This document shows positions 51,427 to 63,276 of a DNA stretch of 64,000 bases, in pieces. Origin of the DNA: an uncultured delta proteobacterium (GTDB lineage: Bacteria > Desulfobacterota > Binatia > Binatales > Binataceae); the NCBI GenBank assembly GCA_963756155.1, contig CAVWMQ010000001.1, forward strand, positions 423,592-487,591, given 5' to 3'. Made by a program: the position numbers and the translations under genes. The stretch's first letter is position 1. Each line of letters starts with the position of its first letter. Under the pieces are notes generated by a model that saw only the letters and a program-made list of their open reading frames with translations, had not been told where the DNA came from and made no database searches.

Positions 51427-53970
51427 CTATTCTTCGCTGTCTCCGGTCGTCGCGCCGTTGGAACCGTTGCCGTTGCCGCCGTCGTCCTCTTCTTTCTCCG
51501 CGAGGCCGGCTACCGCGCGGACTTTCTCGTTCGGTTCGAGCCTCACCAGATGCACGCCCTGCGCGTTGCGGCCGGTGAGGCGCACGTCCTTCACTCCGAG
51601 ACGGATCACCTTGCCGCCGTCGGTTATCAGCATCACCTGATCGTCGGAGCCGACCTGGCGAACGCTGACGACCTTGCCGGTTTTCTCGGTGACGTTCATC
51701 GTGATCACGCCCTTACCGCCGCGATGCGTCAGCCGATAGTCGGAGGCCGGCGTGCGTTTGCCGTAGCCGAGCTCGGAAACCGTGAGCAGCGTTTCGTCCT
51801 CGCGCGAGGTCGACATCGAAACGATTTCGTCCTCGACCAGGGTCACGGTCTTGCCTTCCTTGACCGGGTACGATTCCAGCTCCATGCCGAGCACGCCCTG
51901 GGTGTCGCGGCCCATCGGGCGCACTTCCTCTTCCTTGAACCTGATGGCCTGGCCCTCACGAGTCGACAGCACGATTTGCTGATTGCCGTCGGTGACGCGC
52001 ACGTCGACCAGGGAGTCGCCGTCATCGAGGCTCATCGCGATGATCCCGCTGGAGCGGACGTTCGCGAACGCGTCGATCTCGGTCTTCTTCACGCGGCCGC
52101 GGCGGGTGGCGAAGAACACGAACTTGCCCTTGAGATCGCGCGGCACCGGGATGAAGGCGGAGAGCTTCTCGTCGTCGGCAAGGCTGAGCAGGTTTGCGAT
52201 CGAGCGGCCCTTTGCGGCGCGGCCCGCCTCGGGAAGCTCGTAGGCCTTGAGCTGGTAGACCTTGCCCCGAGAGGTGAAGAACAGCAGGCGGTCATGCGTC
52301 GAGACGCGCTCGAGATGCTCGACGAAATCCTCTTCCGTGGTGGTCGCCCCGATCTTGCCGCGGCCCCCGCGCCGCTGCGTGCGGTAGAGCGAGAGCGGAG
52401 TACGCTTGAGGTAGCCGCCGTGCGTGATGGTGACCAGCACGTCCTCTTCGACGATCAGATCTTCGACCGAGAACTCGCCCTCCGCTTCGATGATCTGGGT
52501 GCGGCGCGGATCGGCGAATTCCTTCTTGATGTCCTCGAGCTCGGCCGAGATCAGTTTCATCAGCTCGCGCTCGTCGGCGAGGATCGTCCTCAGCCGCTTG
52601 ATGGTGTCGGTGACCTGCTTGTGCTCGGTTTCGATCTTGTCGCGCTCCAGCGAGGTCAGCCGGCGCAGCGTCAGGTCGAGGATCGCCTGCGCCTGCGGCT
52701 GCGACAGTTTAAAGCGCGACATCAGGCCCGAGCGCGCCGCCTCGGCATCCTTGGAGGCGCGAATCAGCTTGATGACCGCGTCGAGGTTCTGCAGCGCTAT
52801 CAGCAGTCCGTCCAGGATGTGCAGGCGCGCCTCGGCCTCGCGCAGTTCGAAGCGCGTGCGGCGTGTTAGCACCACTTTGCGATGCTCCAGGAAGGCGACC
52901 AGCATCTGCAGGAGATTCATCTCCTTGGGCCGCCCCTCGTGGATTCCAAGCAGGATGATGCCATAGCCGAGTTGCATCTGGGTGAGCTTGTAGAGCTGGT
53001 TGAGCACCACGCGCGGTTCGGCGTCGCGCTTGAGCTCGATCACGATCCGCATTCCGTCGCGGTCCGACTCGTCGCGCAAGTCGCTGATGCCTTCGATCCG
53101 CTTTTCGTTGACCAGCTCGGCCATCCGCTCGATCAAGCGCGCCTTGTTCACCTGGTAGGGGATCTCGCGCACGATGATCGACGCGCGTTGCGAGCGCTTG
53201 TCGGTCTCGATCGCCGCCAGCGCGCGCATCGTGAGCGTTCCGCGCCCGGTCAGATATGCCTGCCGGATGGTGGCGCGGCCGAGCAGCTGTCCGCCGGTCG
53301 GGAAGTCGGGGCCGGGAATAATGTCGAGGACTTTCTCGAGGCTCAAGTCCGGGTCCTCGACCAGCGCGAGCAGCGCGTCGCAGACCTCGCCGAGATTGTG
53401 CGGCGGAATGTTGGTCGCCATCCCGACCGCGATACCGTCGGAGCCGTTGATGAGCAGGTTGGGCACCTGCGCCGGCAGAACTTCGGGCTCGTCCTGCGAG
53501 CCGTCGTAGTTAGGAATGAAATTGACGGTGTCCTTTTCGATGTCGGCGAGCAGGCGCGCGGCCAGCGGCGTGAGCCGGCACTCCGTGTAGCGCATTGCAG
53601 CGGGCGGGTCGCCGTCGACCGATCCAAAATTTCCCTGCCCGTCGATCAGCGGGTAGCGCAGGGTGAAGGTCTGCGCCATGCGCGCGAGCGCGTCGTAAAC
53701 CGCGGTGTCGCCGTGCGGATGGTACTTGCCGAGGACGTCGCCGACTATCGACGCGCACTTGACGTGGCGATGGTTGGGGAGCAGGCCGGCGCGGAACATC
53801 GCGTAGAGAATCCGCCGGTGCACCGGCTTGAGGCCGTCTGCGATGACCGGCAGCGCGCGTCCGATATTCACCGACATCGCGTAGTCCAGGTAGGACTGCC
53901 GCATGTCGTCTTCGATATTCAGCAGCGCGGGCTCGTGACGGGTCGGTTCGTTGCCGTTGGTCTCAGCCAT
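51427..53970 (-). CDS. gyrA: DNA gyrase subunit A
   Basis: [12 protein letters not shown]…[14 protein letters not shown], active-site Tyr region, and C-terminal beta-pinwheel repeats. 847 aa. Convergent with the GST, stops separated by 6 nt. Confidence 0.95.
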   Translation of the reverse strand: MAETNGNEPTRHEPALLNIEDDMRQSYLDYAMSVNIGRALPVIADGLKPVHRRILYAMFRAGLLPNHRHVKCASIVGDVLGKYHPHGDTAVYDALARMAQTFTLRYPLIDGQGNFGSVDGDPPAAMRYTECRLTPLAARLLADIEKDTVNFIPNYDGSQDEPEVLPAQVPNLLINGSDGIAVGMATNIPPHNLGEVCDALLALVEDPDLSLEKVLDIIPGPDFPTGGQLLGRATIRQAYLTGRGTLTMRALAAIETDKRSQRASIIVREIPYQVNKARLIERMAELVNEKRIEGISDLRDESDRDGMRIVIELKRDAEPRVVLNQLYKLTQMQLGYGIILLGIHEGRPKEMNLLQMLVAFLEHRKVVLTRRTRFELREAEARLHILDGLLIALQNLDAVIKLIRASKDAEAARSGLMSRFKLSQPQAQAILDLTLRRLTSLERDKIETEHKQVTDTIKRLRTILADERELMKLISAELEDIKKEFADPRRTQIIEAEGEFSVEDLIVEEDVLVTITHGGYLKRTPLSLYRTQRRGGRGKIGATTTEEDFVEHLERVSTHDRLLFFTSRGKVYQLKAYELPEAGRAAKGRSIANLLSLADDEKLSAFIPVPRDLKGKFVFFATRRGRVKKTEIDAFANVRSSGIIAMSLDDGDSLVDVRVTDGNQQIVLSTREGQAIRFKEEEVRPMGRDTQGVLGMELESYPVKEGKTVTLVEDEIVSMSTSREDETLLTVSELGYGKRTPASDYRLTHRGGKGVITMNVTEKTGKVVSVRQVGSDDQVMLITDGGKVIRLGVKDVRLTGRNAQGVHLVRLEPNEKVRAVAGLAEKEEDDGGNGNGSNGATTGDSEE

Positions 53971-54026
53971 AAAATTTTTAGTTCGCGATCGGAAGGCGCG
54001 GCGCCATCAGATTTCGCGCGTCGCGA

Positions 54027-56546
<2,520 letters not shown>

Positions 56547-56575
56547 TTAATCAAACGGTATTTCTATTCATCACC

Positions 56576-56584
56576 TGTGGATAA
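56576..56584. promoter_or_regulatory. Perfect consensus DnaA box (TTATCCACA, read on the minus strand) in the AT-rich gyrB upstream region
   Basis: tgtggataa lies on the plus strand. The surrounding 340 nt (56445-56786) are about 45% GC. Confidence 0.4.
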
Positions 56585-56786
56585 TAAACGGTCCGAAATC
56601 AGGGAACTATTTGCAAGCACAAGCGCTATACTCTAAGGCCGCGAACAAGCAAGTGAATGTTGTCATAATAAAACCCAATTCTGGCAATCGTCAGGGCCTG
56701 TTTGAGTGTTCGGAAACGCTCGCGTTTTGGTATCGCCGGACGAAAGAAAAGTAAGCTGCTCGCCTCGCCTCCGCGCGCACTCGGCG

Positions 56787-57179
56787 TCATAAGAGTTGGA
56801 ATCCATTACGACGCGCTGCCTTCTGGTCGAACGTCACCGTATACTCGCAGCCCATTCTGCGGTTGATAGCTGCGATCAAACTGTCCGAGAAGTCGGCACC
56901 CTCTCGATACTCGCGGAGTGCGATGAGTGCTTCATCGCGATCCTCGATCGCCAATTGCTGAACCAGAAGCAAATTGTCCAGAACCCGGAAAACCACCTCC
57001 CTCGAATAGGCGTAGCCGCGTTCGAGCACCCAGACCGTCTCGCACAGCACGATACGATTAATGAACCCGGGATCTTCCGGACTACACTCACGGTCGATAA
57101 AAGACTTGGCACTACGCGCCTGGGCGGGATCGTCTCGTAGCAGATAGCGGAGCAGGACGTTGGTGTCGAGCGCTTTCAA
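56787..57179 (-). CDS. vapC: PIN-domain toxin VapC
   Basis: MKALDTNVLLRYLL…D…E…D pattern of PIN nucleases. 4-nt overlap with the upstream antitoxin. Confidence 0.85.
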   Translation of the reverse strand: MKALDTNVLLRYLLRDDPAQARSAKSFIDRECSPEDPGFINRIVLCETVWVLERGYAYSREVVFRVLDNLLLVQQLAIEDRDEALIALREYREGADFSDSLIAAINRRMGCEYTVTFDQKAARRNGFQLL

Positions 57180-57424
57180 CGCCGCGAGCGTTCCACCGCC
57201 CGCGTCGCGATTGCGTCGTTCATATCATCAATCGACAGCCGACGTGGGGCTGGAGCAAGGAATCCGTATAGGTCCTTGATGTGGACGGTCATGGGAACCA
57301 CCACTACGGTTCCGTCTCGTTCGATCACGAAGTCGACCCGGTTTCCCGGCTTGAGCTTCAGGTGATCGCGGATCTTTTTAGGCATCGTGAGCTGCCCCTT
57401 GCTGGTTATGGTTGCAGTCGGCAT
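57176..57424 (-). CDS. vapB: AbrB/SpoVT/MazE-family antitoxin VapB
   Basis: ITSKGQLTMPKKIRDHLKLKPGNRVDF swapped-hairpin beta-barrel motif. 82 aa. Confidence 0.8.
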   Translation of the reverse strand: MPTATITSKGQLTMPKKIRDHLKLKPGNRVDFVIERDGTVVVVPMTVHIKDLYGFLAPAPRRLSIDDMNDAIATRAVERSRR

Positions 57425-57446
57425 ATGGTTCCTTACTCTGACAAGA

Positions 57447-57468
57447 TATCCTTACTTACGTGTAAGGA
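57447..57468. promoter_or_regulatory. Perfect 8-bp inverted repeat ATCCTTAC-N6-GTAAGGAT, 23-44 nt upstream of vapB; candidate antitoxin operator
   Basis: Read directly from the sequence. One of four perfect palindromes in 57425-57634 (see findings). Confidence 0.5.
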
Positions 57469-57634
57469 TTTTAGCAGTCCCAGCCTCGAATACCAAGTAC
57501 TTGGCTCACTCGGTAGAAAGCACAGAACCAGGCATGCGAAACCCACCCCGGTTTCGCGCTTCCCTTTCGTCAAGACTGGAAACCTCGATGAGGTTTCCAT
57601 GCGGAGCGTGGCCGCGTGACGGAGTTCGCCGCTT

Positions 57635-58372
57635 CTATCTGGCGATAGCGGAGCCGGCTTCGCCGCCTGGAGTTGGCAGCGCATTGCAGGCGCGCTGGAT
57701 TCCGTCGAAGAACTGCCACCACAGGTCGAGCGAACGCTCCGCAGCGCCCCAGACCCGCGCGCGCTCCACTTCGCCCAGCGGGGTGCGGCTCAGGATATGG
57801 TCGCCGACGTCGCTATGATCGCGATCGGCGATCTCATGCACGTCGAAGAATGCGACCTGCTCGCGGCTGAGGCCGTAATGCTTTTCCAGCGCGCGTGCGA
57901 AACCGGCGAAGTTGCCCGGGACCTGGCCCTCGGCGGCGATATTGATCGCGGCTACACCTTCGGCGAACGAGCGGTCCTTGGTCGACAGCTCGAACCAATC
58001 GATCAGCGATGCGGTAGACGCCAGCGGCTTGCCCTCGATCAGATCGGAGCGGCCCAGGCCGACGCCCAATCCGATCCGCATGAAGAGCTCCGGATGCGGC
58101 GCGCTGCCGGAGATTTTTCCGGTCTCCTCTTCGTAGAGGCTCTCGGCGAGCTTGACGCGCTCCTCCGCGCTGGTGCATCGCGAATGCAGCGCGCTGAGCG
58201 CGCGCGGGAACTCGCGCACCTGGAGGAAGAACTGGGTCGCGAAGATGCTGAGGCCAGCCTGCGAGACTTTGCCATCCTGGATCTCGAGCCACAGCGGATG
58301 CCGTCCGAAGGAGCGCCGCTCCTTCACCATCGCGAACAGCTCGCGCACAAAACCGTCACTCACATGGGCCAT
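57635..58372 (-). CDS. PqqC/TenA/CADD-like heme-oxygenase-fold di-metal enzyme family protein
   Basis: HPLWLEIQDGKVSQAGLSIFATQFFLQVREFP… resembles PqqC/CADD helices. Candidate metal ligands are E…E (LYEEE), H (HPELF) and an HEIADRDH motif with the H-x3-D-x2-H spacing I recall from CADD. Confidence 0.55.
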   Translation of the reverse strand: MAHVSDGFVRELFAMVKERRSFGRHPLWLEIQDGKVSQAGLSIFATQFFLQVREFPRALSALHSRCTSAEERVKLAESLYEEETGKISGSAPHPELFMRIGLGVGLGRSDLIEGKPLASTASLIDWFELSTKDRSFAEGVAAINIAAEGQVPGNFAGFARALEKHYGLSREQVAFFDVHEIADRDHSDVGDHILSRTPLGEVERARVWGAAERSLDLWWQFFDGIQRACNALPTPGGEAGSAIAR

Positions 58373-58593
58373 AGTCGGGAACCTCGTGGGTCAGTCGCGC
58401 ACGTACTCGAAACGTACAAAACCTGCGGAGCAAAGTGAAGGGTAAGGCACGACGAAGCGGATCGGCTGAGCGCGAAGCGCGCATCTTGGCCTACCGGGAA
58501 GCGCGAAACCCGTGAGGGTTTAGCATACCGCTCTGCTTCTTTTGCCGACAGGATCGGAGCTATGACGTTTCGGTGTCCGCGCCGGTCCGTGCG

Positions 58594-58974
58594 TCACGCG
58601 GCGGGGCGGGTGGTTAGTTCGCCGCCGCAGTTCGGACATATGTGCTGGTAGCCCGAGGCGCACGCGGGGCAAAAGGTACATTGGAATGAACAGGACTCCG
58701 CGCTGCTGTCGCGGGCGACCGGCGTATGGCACTTCTCGCATTCGTTCTTGAAGGTACTCATCTGCAGCAGCAACTTGCCGTTGGCGTCCTCGCGATCCGC
58801 CGCCGCCAGGAGCTGCTCGCGCGCCTTCTCGTTGCGCTCCGACGCGGCCCACGCGCGATACATCGCGCCGCCGCCGTACTCCAGGCGCCCGAGCAGCGCC
58901 ATCGATTCGAGCCTCGGTTTGCCTTCGAACAGCGCTGCGATCATTTGCTCGGGCGCGACGGTTTCGTTTTTCAT
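58594..58974 (-). CDS. Hypothetical protein with a C-terminal 8-Cys zinc-ribbon-like module
   Basis: CEKCH…CSFQCTFCPACASGYQHICPNCGG. N-terminal half unassigned. Confidence 0.4.
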   Translation of the reverse strand: MKNETVAPEQMIAALFEGKPRLESMALLGRLEYGGGAMYRAWAASERNEKAREQLLAAADREDANGKLLLQMSTFKNECEKCHTPVARDSSAESCSFQCTFCPACASGYQHICPNCGGELTTRPAA

Positions 58975-59146
58975 CTCGAGTACCCTCCCGGACTGGTTCA
59001 GCCTCGCGTTAATTGAATTGAATTGAGATATGATGCGGCGGCTCAGATCGTTCGACTCCCGCGTTCGCGGTACGACCGCGCTTCTTTTGCCGGCGACAGC
59101 GGAGCCGGCTTCCTGCGTGGCCCTCCGGTGCAGGGGCCGGCCCCTG

Positions 59147-60976
59147 CTAATCCACGCGATGCAGGTCGGCGAGCAGTTCCTTGGCGTCGATATAGCCGAC
59201 TTTGCGCTCGAATACCCGCCCGCGTGAGTCGATCAGCATCGTGGTCGGCACGCCCTGGATTTCATACTTGCTGATGAGCGCCTCGTTGGCCGTGTCCTGC
59301 GCGGTCAGGTTGGCGCGCAGCCTCACGAAACGCGCGGCCTCTTTGACCACCGACGGATCGACGAAGGTCGAATGCTCCATCTCGCGGCATGGGATACACC
59401 AGTCGGCGCTGAAATCGACCAGCACCGGCTTGCCTTTGGACGCCGCCGAGTCGAGCAGCGCGGGATTGAAGGCTTCGAACTCGAGCATTCGCGGAGCGCT
59501 GCCGCGCGCAATCGTCATATAGATGAGCGCCAGAACCGCGGCCACGCCGACTGCCGACCGGAAAACCAGGAACGGGCGCCAGTTGCGGCCCACCGGCGTG
59601 AAGAAGCCCAGGTAAATCGCGGCCAGGGCGCCGTAGTACGGCAGTATCCGCGTCATCAGATGGTTGGGCAGGACCGGGTCGAGAAAATAGATCGCAAGCC
59701 CGATCAGGACGAAGCCGAACAGGCGCTCGACCCACGCCAGCCACTCGCCCGAGCGCGGCAGGTTTTTTATCGAGCCCGCTGCCATCGCCAGCCCGATGTA
59801 TGGAAGTCCCAGCCCTATCGCGAGCGTGAAGAACAGCGCGAAGCCGAACACCGGGCTCCGGCTCCGCTCGACCATCAGCAACAGTCCGAGCACGATCGGC
59901 CCGATACACGGCGCCGCCACCACGCCCATGCCGAGTCCCATCAGCATCGAGCCCGCGTAGCCGGGGCGCGCGGCACCCGCCCATCGCATCATGAATTGCG
60001 GCGGCTGCAGCGTGAACACGCCGAAGCAGGAGGCCGCGAGCAGCAGCATCGTCGCGGCGATCGCGGTCAGCACGTACGGGTTCTGCAGCGCCGCGCCGAA
60101 AATTCCGCCCGACAGCGCGACCGCGACTCCGACCGCCGAGAACATCAGCGCGATTCCCATCACGTAGCAGACCGCGAGGACCAGCACGTTGCGCGGTCCG
60201 CCGCCCTGCCTGCCGAAGTACGCGATCGTGACCCCGATCAGCGGGTACACGCACGGAGTCAGATTCAGCGCGAGGCCGCCCAGCAGCACGACCAGGAAGC
60301 CGAGAATATTCCCATGCTTGTCGAACACGCGGGCGAGTGCCTCGCCGGCGTCATCGCCCGCGTGCTCGGCGTCCGATGCGATCGCGCTCGCGACGGCGCC
60401 ACCGCGACCGTCGGAGGCGGCAAGCGTTCCGAGGTCGACCGTCGAGCTGACCGACGCCGGCTTCAGGCACAGGTTGTCGTTACAGGGCTGGTAGTCGATG
60501 GTGACGGTGAGGTTATGGCCGGGACCGGCGCTGAAATCGGAGGCGACCGCGAGCGGCACTTCGAATGCGATCGAGCCGCCGAAGACGGAGAGCTTTCCGC
60601 CGCCGGAAAAATCGAGCTTCAGCTCTTTGGCTTCGGGATACTTGACCGCGCCGGCGGTGATTCCGTTCGGCGCGCTCACCCGCAGATCGGTCGCGATATA
60701 GTCGTCGCTCAGCGGATGGTTCGAATTGATATGCCATCCCGCGAGGACGAGCGCGTCGACCTTGAGCGCGCTGCTCGCGCCGGGCTGGAGCGGACGCTCG
60801 AGGGTGACCGACTTGATGAAGACGACCTGGCCGGGCGACGCCGCCCACGCCCGCGGTGCGCCTGCCGCGGCGATCGCCAGAATCACCGTGACGATCGCGA
60901 TCATGATCGTCAGTCGATTCAATATTCGCAGCGCCGGCGCTCGGCTCGTCGAACTCGAAATCGAATCAGGAATCAT
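59147..60976 (-). CDS. dsbD: Thiol:disulfide interchange protein DsbD (full three-domain form)
   Basis: N-terminal DsbD-alpha domain (…YQPCNDNLCLKP…), central 8-TM domain with the TPCVYPLI Cys pair, and a C-terminal thioredoxin domain (DWCIPC). Confidence 0.85.
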   Translation of the reverse strand: MIPDSISSSTSRAPALRILNRLTIMIAIVTVILAIAAAGAPRAWAASPGQVVFIKSVTLERPLQPGASSALKVDALVLAGWHINSNHPLSDDYIATDLRVSAPNGITAGAVKYPEAKELKLDFSGGGKLSVFGGSIAFEVPLAVASDFSAGPGHNLTVTIDYQPCNDNLCLKPASVSSTVDLGTLAASDGRGGAVASAIASDAEHAGDDAGEALARVFDKHGNILGFLVVLLGGLALNLTPCVYPLIGVTIAYFGRQGGGPRNVLVLAVCYVMGIALMFSAVGVAVALSGGIFGAALQNPYVLTAIAATMLLLAASCFGVFTLQPPQFMMRWAGAARPGYAGSMLMGLGMGVVAAPCIGPIVLGLLLMVERSRSPVFGFALFFTLAIGLGLPYIGLAMAAGSIKNLPRSGEWLAWVERLFGFVLIGLAIYFLDPVLPNHLMTRILPYYGALAAIYLGFFTPVGRNWRPFLVFRSAVGVAAVLALIYMTIARGSAPRMLEFEAFNPALLDSAASKGKPVLVDFSADWCIPCREMEHSTFVDPSVVKEAARFVRLRANLTAQDTANEALISKYEIQGVPTTMLIDSRGRVFERKVGYIDAKELLADLHRVD

Positions 60977-61047
60977 CGGTAGCTAGAACAATAGCAGTGC
61001 ACACGCGGTTCCGCTCGTCCTGGCGCGGCGCTAACGATTCACATCGG

Positions 61048-62232
61048 CTAGCTGGCGGCGGAGGCCGAAGAGTTGCCGTTGCTGGCCGAAAGCGGGACTG
61101 AGCCGACGATCTCGAGGCCATAGCCGGGCAGGTTGGCCAGCCGCGGCGTCGCGTCGGACATGATGATCATCTTGCGCACGCCCATGTCGCGCAAAATCTG
61201 CGCGCCAATTCCGTAGTCGCGGAAGTCGGCTTCCGAACCGCTCATCCGGGTGGTGGCGCGGCGCACGTGGTGTCCTGAAGGGGCGTCGAGCTCGGAGGCG
61301 ATCGCGTTGGATTCGCGTTTCAGATAGAGCAGCAGGCCTTCGCCGGCCGCGGCGATTTTTTCCATCGCGGAGCGCAGCAGGCTGCGCGTGTTGCGGTCGG
61401 AGTAGCCGAATACGTCGCCGGGCAGGTACTCGCGATGCGCTCGAACCAGGATCGGCTTGGATGAATCGACCTTGCCCATCACCAGCACCAGGTGCTCGGT
61501 GTAATCGACCAGGTTGCGATAGACGACCGCCCTGAAGTCGCCGTAGCGGGTGGGCAGGAGCGCTTCGGCGATCCGCACCACCATCGTCTCGTTGCGCAGC
61601 CGGTATTCGATAAGGTCGGCGACGGTGACGATCTTGAGGCCGTGCGCGCGCGCGAATTCGACCAGGTCGTCGCGCCGCGCCATGGTGCCGTCTTCCTTCA
61701 GGATCTCGCAGATGACGCCCGCGGGCTTGAGCCCCGCCATCCGCGACAAGTCCACTGCGCCCTCGGTCTGGCCGGTGCGCACCAGCACGCCGCCGTCGCG
61801 CGCGCGCAGCGGATAGACGTAGCCTGGGGTGATGAATTCGGAGCCGCTGGCGTCTTCGCGCACCGCCTGCTGAATGGTTATCGAGCGATCGTGCGCGGAG
61901 ATTCCAGAGCCCGCCGCGCGTCGCGCCGTGATCGCGGTGGTGAACGCGGTGCCCAGCGGAGCCTGGTTGTCGCCGACCATCATGCTGAGGCCCAGCCGGT
62001 CGATGCGATCGCCTGACATCGGCAGGCAGATGAGGCCTCGCCCGTGCCGGGCCATGAAGTTGACCGCCTCGGGGGTGACTTTTTCGGCGGCCATGCAGAG
62101 GTCGCCCTCGTTCTCGCGCTGCTCGTCATCCATCAGGATGAGCATGTGGCCGCGGCGAGTTTCCTCGAGCGCTTCTTCCACCGAGATGAAGGGCGCCTTG
62201 GCTCTCGCGCGAGGGGAGATTTCACCGAACAT
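61048..62232 (-). CDS. ribBA: Bifunctional 3,4-dihydroxy-2-butanone-4-phosphate synthase / GTP cyclohydrolase II
   Basis: DHBP synthase N-terminal half (…RENEGDLCMAAEKVTPEAVNFMARHGRGLICLPM…) plus GTP cyclohydrolase II C-terminal half (…CDCGEQL-type Zn Cys region, IMSDATPRLANLPGYGLEIV). Confidence 0.9.
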   Translation of the reverse strand: MFGEISPRARAKAPFISVEEALEETRRGHMLILMDDEQRENEGDLCMAAEKVTPEAVNFMARHGRGLICLPMSGDRIDRLGLSMMVGDNQAPLGTAFTTAITARRAAGSGISAHDRSITIQQAVREDASGSEFITPGYVYPLRARDGGVLVRTGQTEGAVDLSRMAGLKPAGVICEILKEDGTMARRDDLVEFARAHGLKIVTVADLIEYRLRNETMVVRIAEALLPTRYGDFRAVVYRNLVDYTEHLVLVMGKVDSSKPILVRAHREYLPGDVFGYSDRNTRSLLRSAMEKIAAAGEGLLLYLKRESNAIASELDAPSGHHVRRATTRMSGSEADFRDYGIGAQILRDMGVRKMIIMSDATPRLANLPGYGLEIVGSVPLSASNGNSSASAAS

Positions 62233-62457
62233 TTGTTATGGCACCGACATCACTTACTTAACTGAGATCGACGGCCTCGAACAGGGCCACGGGATCAATT
62301 GGCACAGGCCGCACCCGCATTCGGATTCTATATCGGTCTCGATAACTTAGTGAACCCCCGCGGGGGAGCCTCGGACGCGCGCCGGGAACCATCGAAAGGC
62401 AGGCGGAAACCTCGCGCAGCCTCTTCTCAAGACGCGGCGAAGCGGTATTCTCGCTGC

Positions 62458-63276
62458 GTGACCGACCAACCCCAGCTCCGCAAAGCCGTTCTGCTCGCGG
62501 CCGGCCGCGGCACCCGGCTCGGCGCGCTAACCACGCAGACGCCGAAGCCGATGCTGGAGGTCGCGGGCGCGCCGATCCTCGAGCATATCGTGTCGGGGCT
62601 GGCGGAGGCGGGCATCACCGAATTTGTCGTGGTGACGGGGCATCTCGCGCGGCAGGTCGAGACCTGGTGCGCGAGTTACGCGCGCGCGCATCGCAGCGTG
62701 CGCATCGCGACCGCGCGGCAGGAAAAGCGCGACGGCACCGGCGGCGCGATGCTGGCTGCGATGCGCCGGGTGGCGGGCGAGGGGCGCTTCATTTTCGGAT
62801 GGGGCGACGTGCTGATGGATCGCGCGAACTATCCGCGCTTCCTGGTGCGCGCGCGCACCGAGCAATACGATCTGATGCTCGCGGTGAACCGCGTGCGCGA
62901 CCCCTACCGCGGCGCGGCGGTGTACGTCACGCCCGACATGCGCGTGGAGCGAATCGTCGAGAAGCCGCTGCAGGGCGCATCGACCACCACCTGGAACAAC
63001 GCCGGCCTGTTCGCGGCGGGGCCGAGTCTGTTCGACTACCTCAAGCGCCTCAAGCGCTCGCCCCGCGGCGAACTGGAGCTTCCGGCCGCAATCGAAATGA
63101 TGATCGCGGAGGGCCGCCTGGTGCGTGCGGTCGACACGCGCGGTTTCTGGAGCGACGTCGGCACGCCCGAGGACCTCAAGAAAGCGCGCGAGCGTTTCAG
63201 GCCGCAATCCGCGGAGCAGGTGCGGGCGGCGAACGCCGCCAGCGTCGGGCAGAGCGGCAAGGCGGACAAAGAATGA
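62458..63276 (+). CDS. Sugar-phosphate nucleotidyltransferase (NTP-transferase domain)
   Basis: AVLLAAGRGTRLG…TPKPMLEVAG glycine-rich NTP-binding loop. GTG at 62458 chosen because the listed upstream extension (62299) is Arg/Pro-rich nonsense. Stop overlaps the next gene's start. Confidence 0.65.
   Translation: MTDQPQLRKAVLLAAGRGTRLGALTTQTPKPMLEVAGAPILEHIVSGLAEAGITEFVVVTGHLARQVETWCASYARAHRSVRIATARQEKRDGTGGAMLAAMRRVAGEGRFIFGWGDVLMDRANYPRFLVRARTEQYDLMLAVNRVRDPYRGAAVYVTPDMRVERIVEKPLQGASTTTWNNAGLFAAGPSLFDYLKRLKRSPRGELELPAAIEMMIAEGRLVRAVDTRGFWSDVGTPEDLKKARERFRPQSAEQVRAANAASVGQSGKADKE

Noticed and set aside
58401-58418. GTAC-N7-GTAC motif just upstream of the CADD-like gene start as an operator.
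   Set aside because: Too short and simple to distinguish from chance without comparative data.
62233-62457. FMN riboswitch expected in the ribBA leader.
   Set aside because: The minus-strand leader lacks the conserved GGGCAGGGTGAAATTCC and CCGACAGT-type elements. Only a weak resemblance and a GC palindrome are present. Needs a covariance-model scan to settle.
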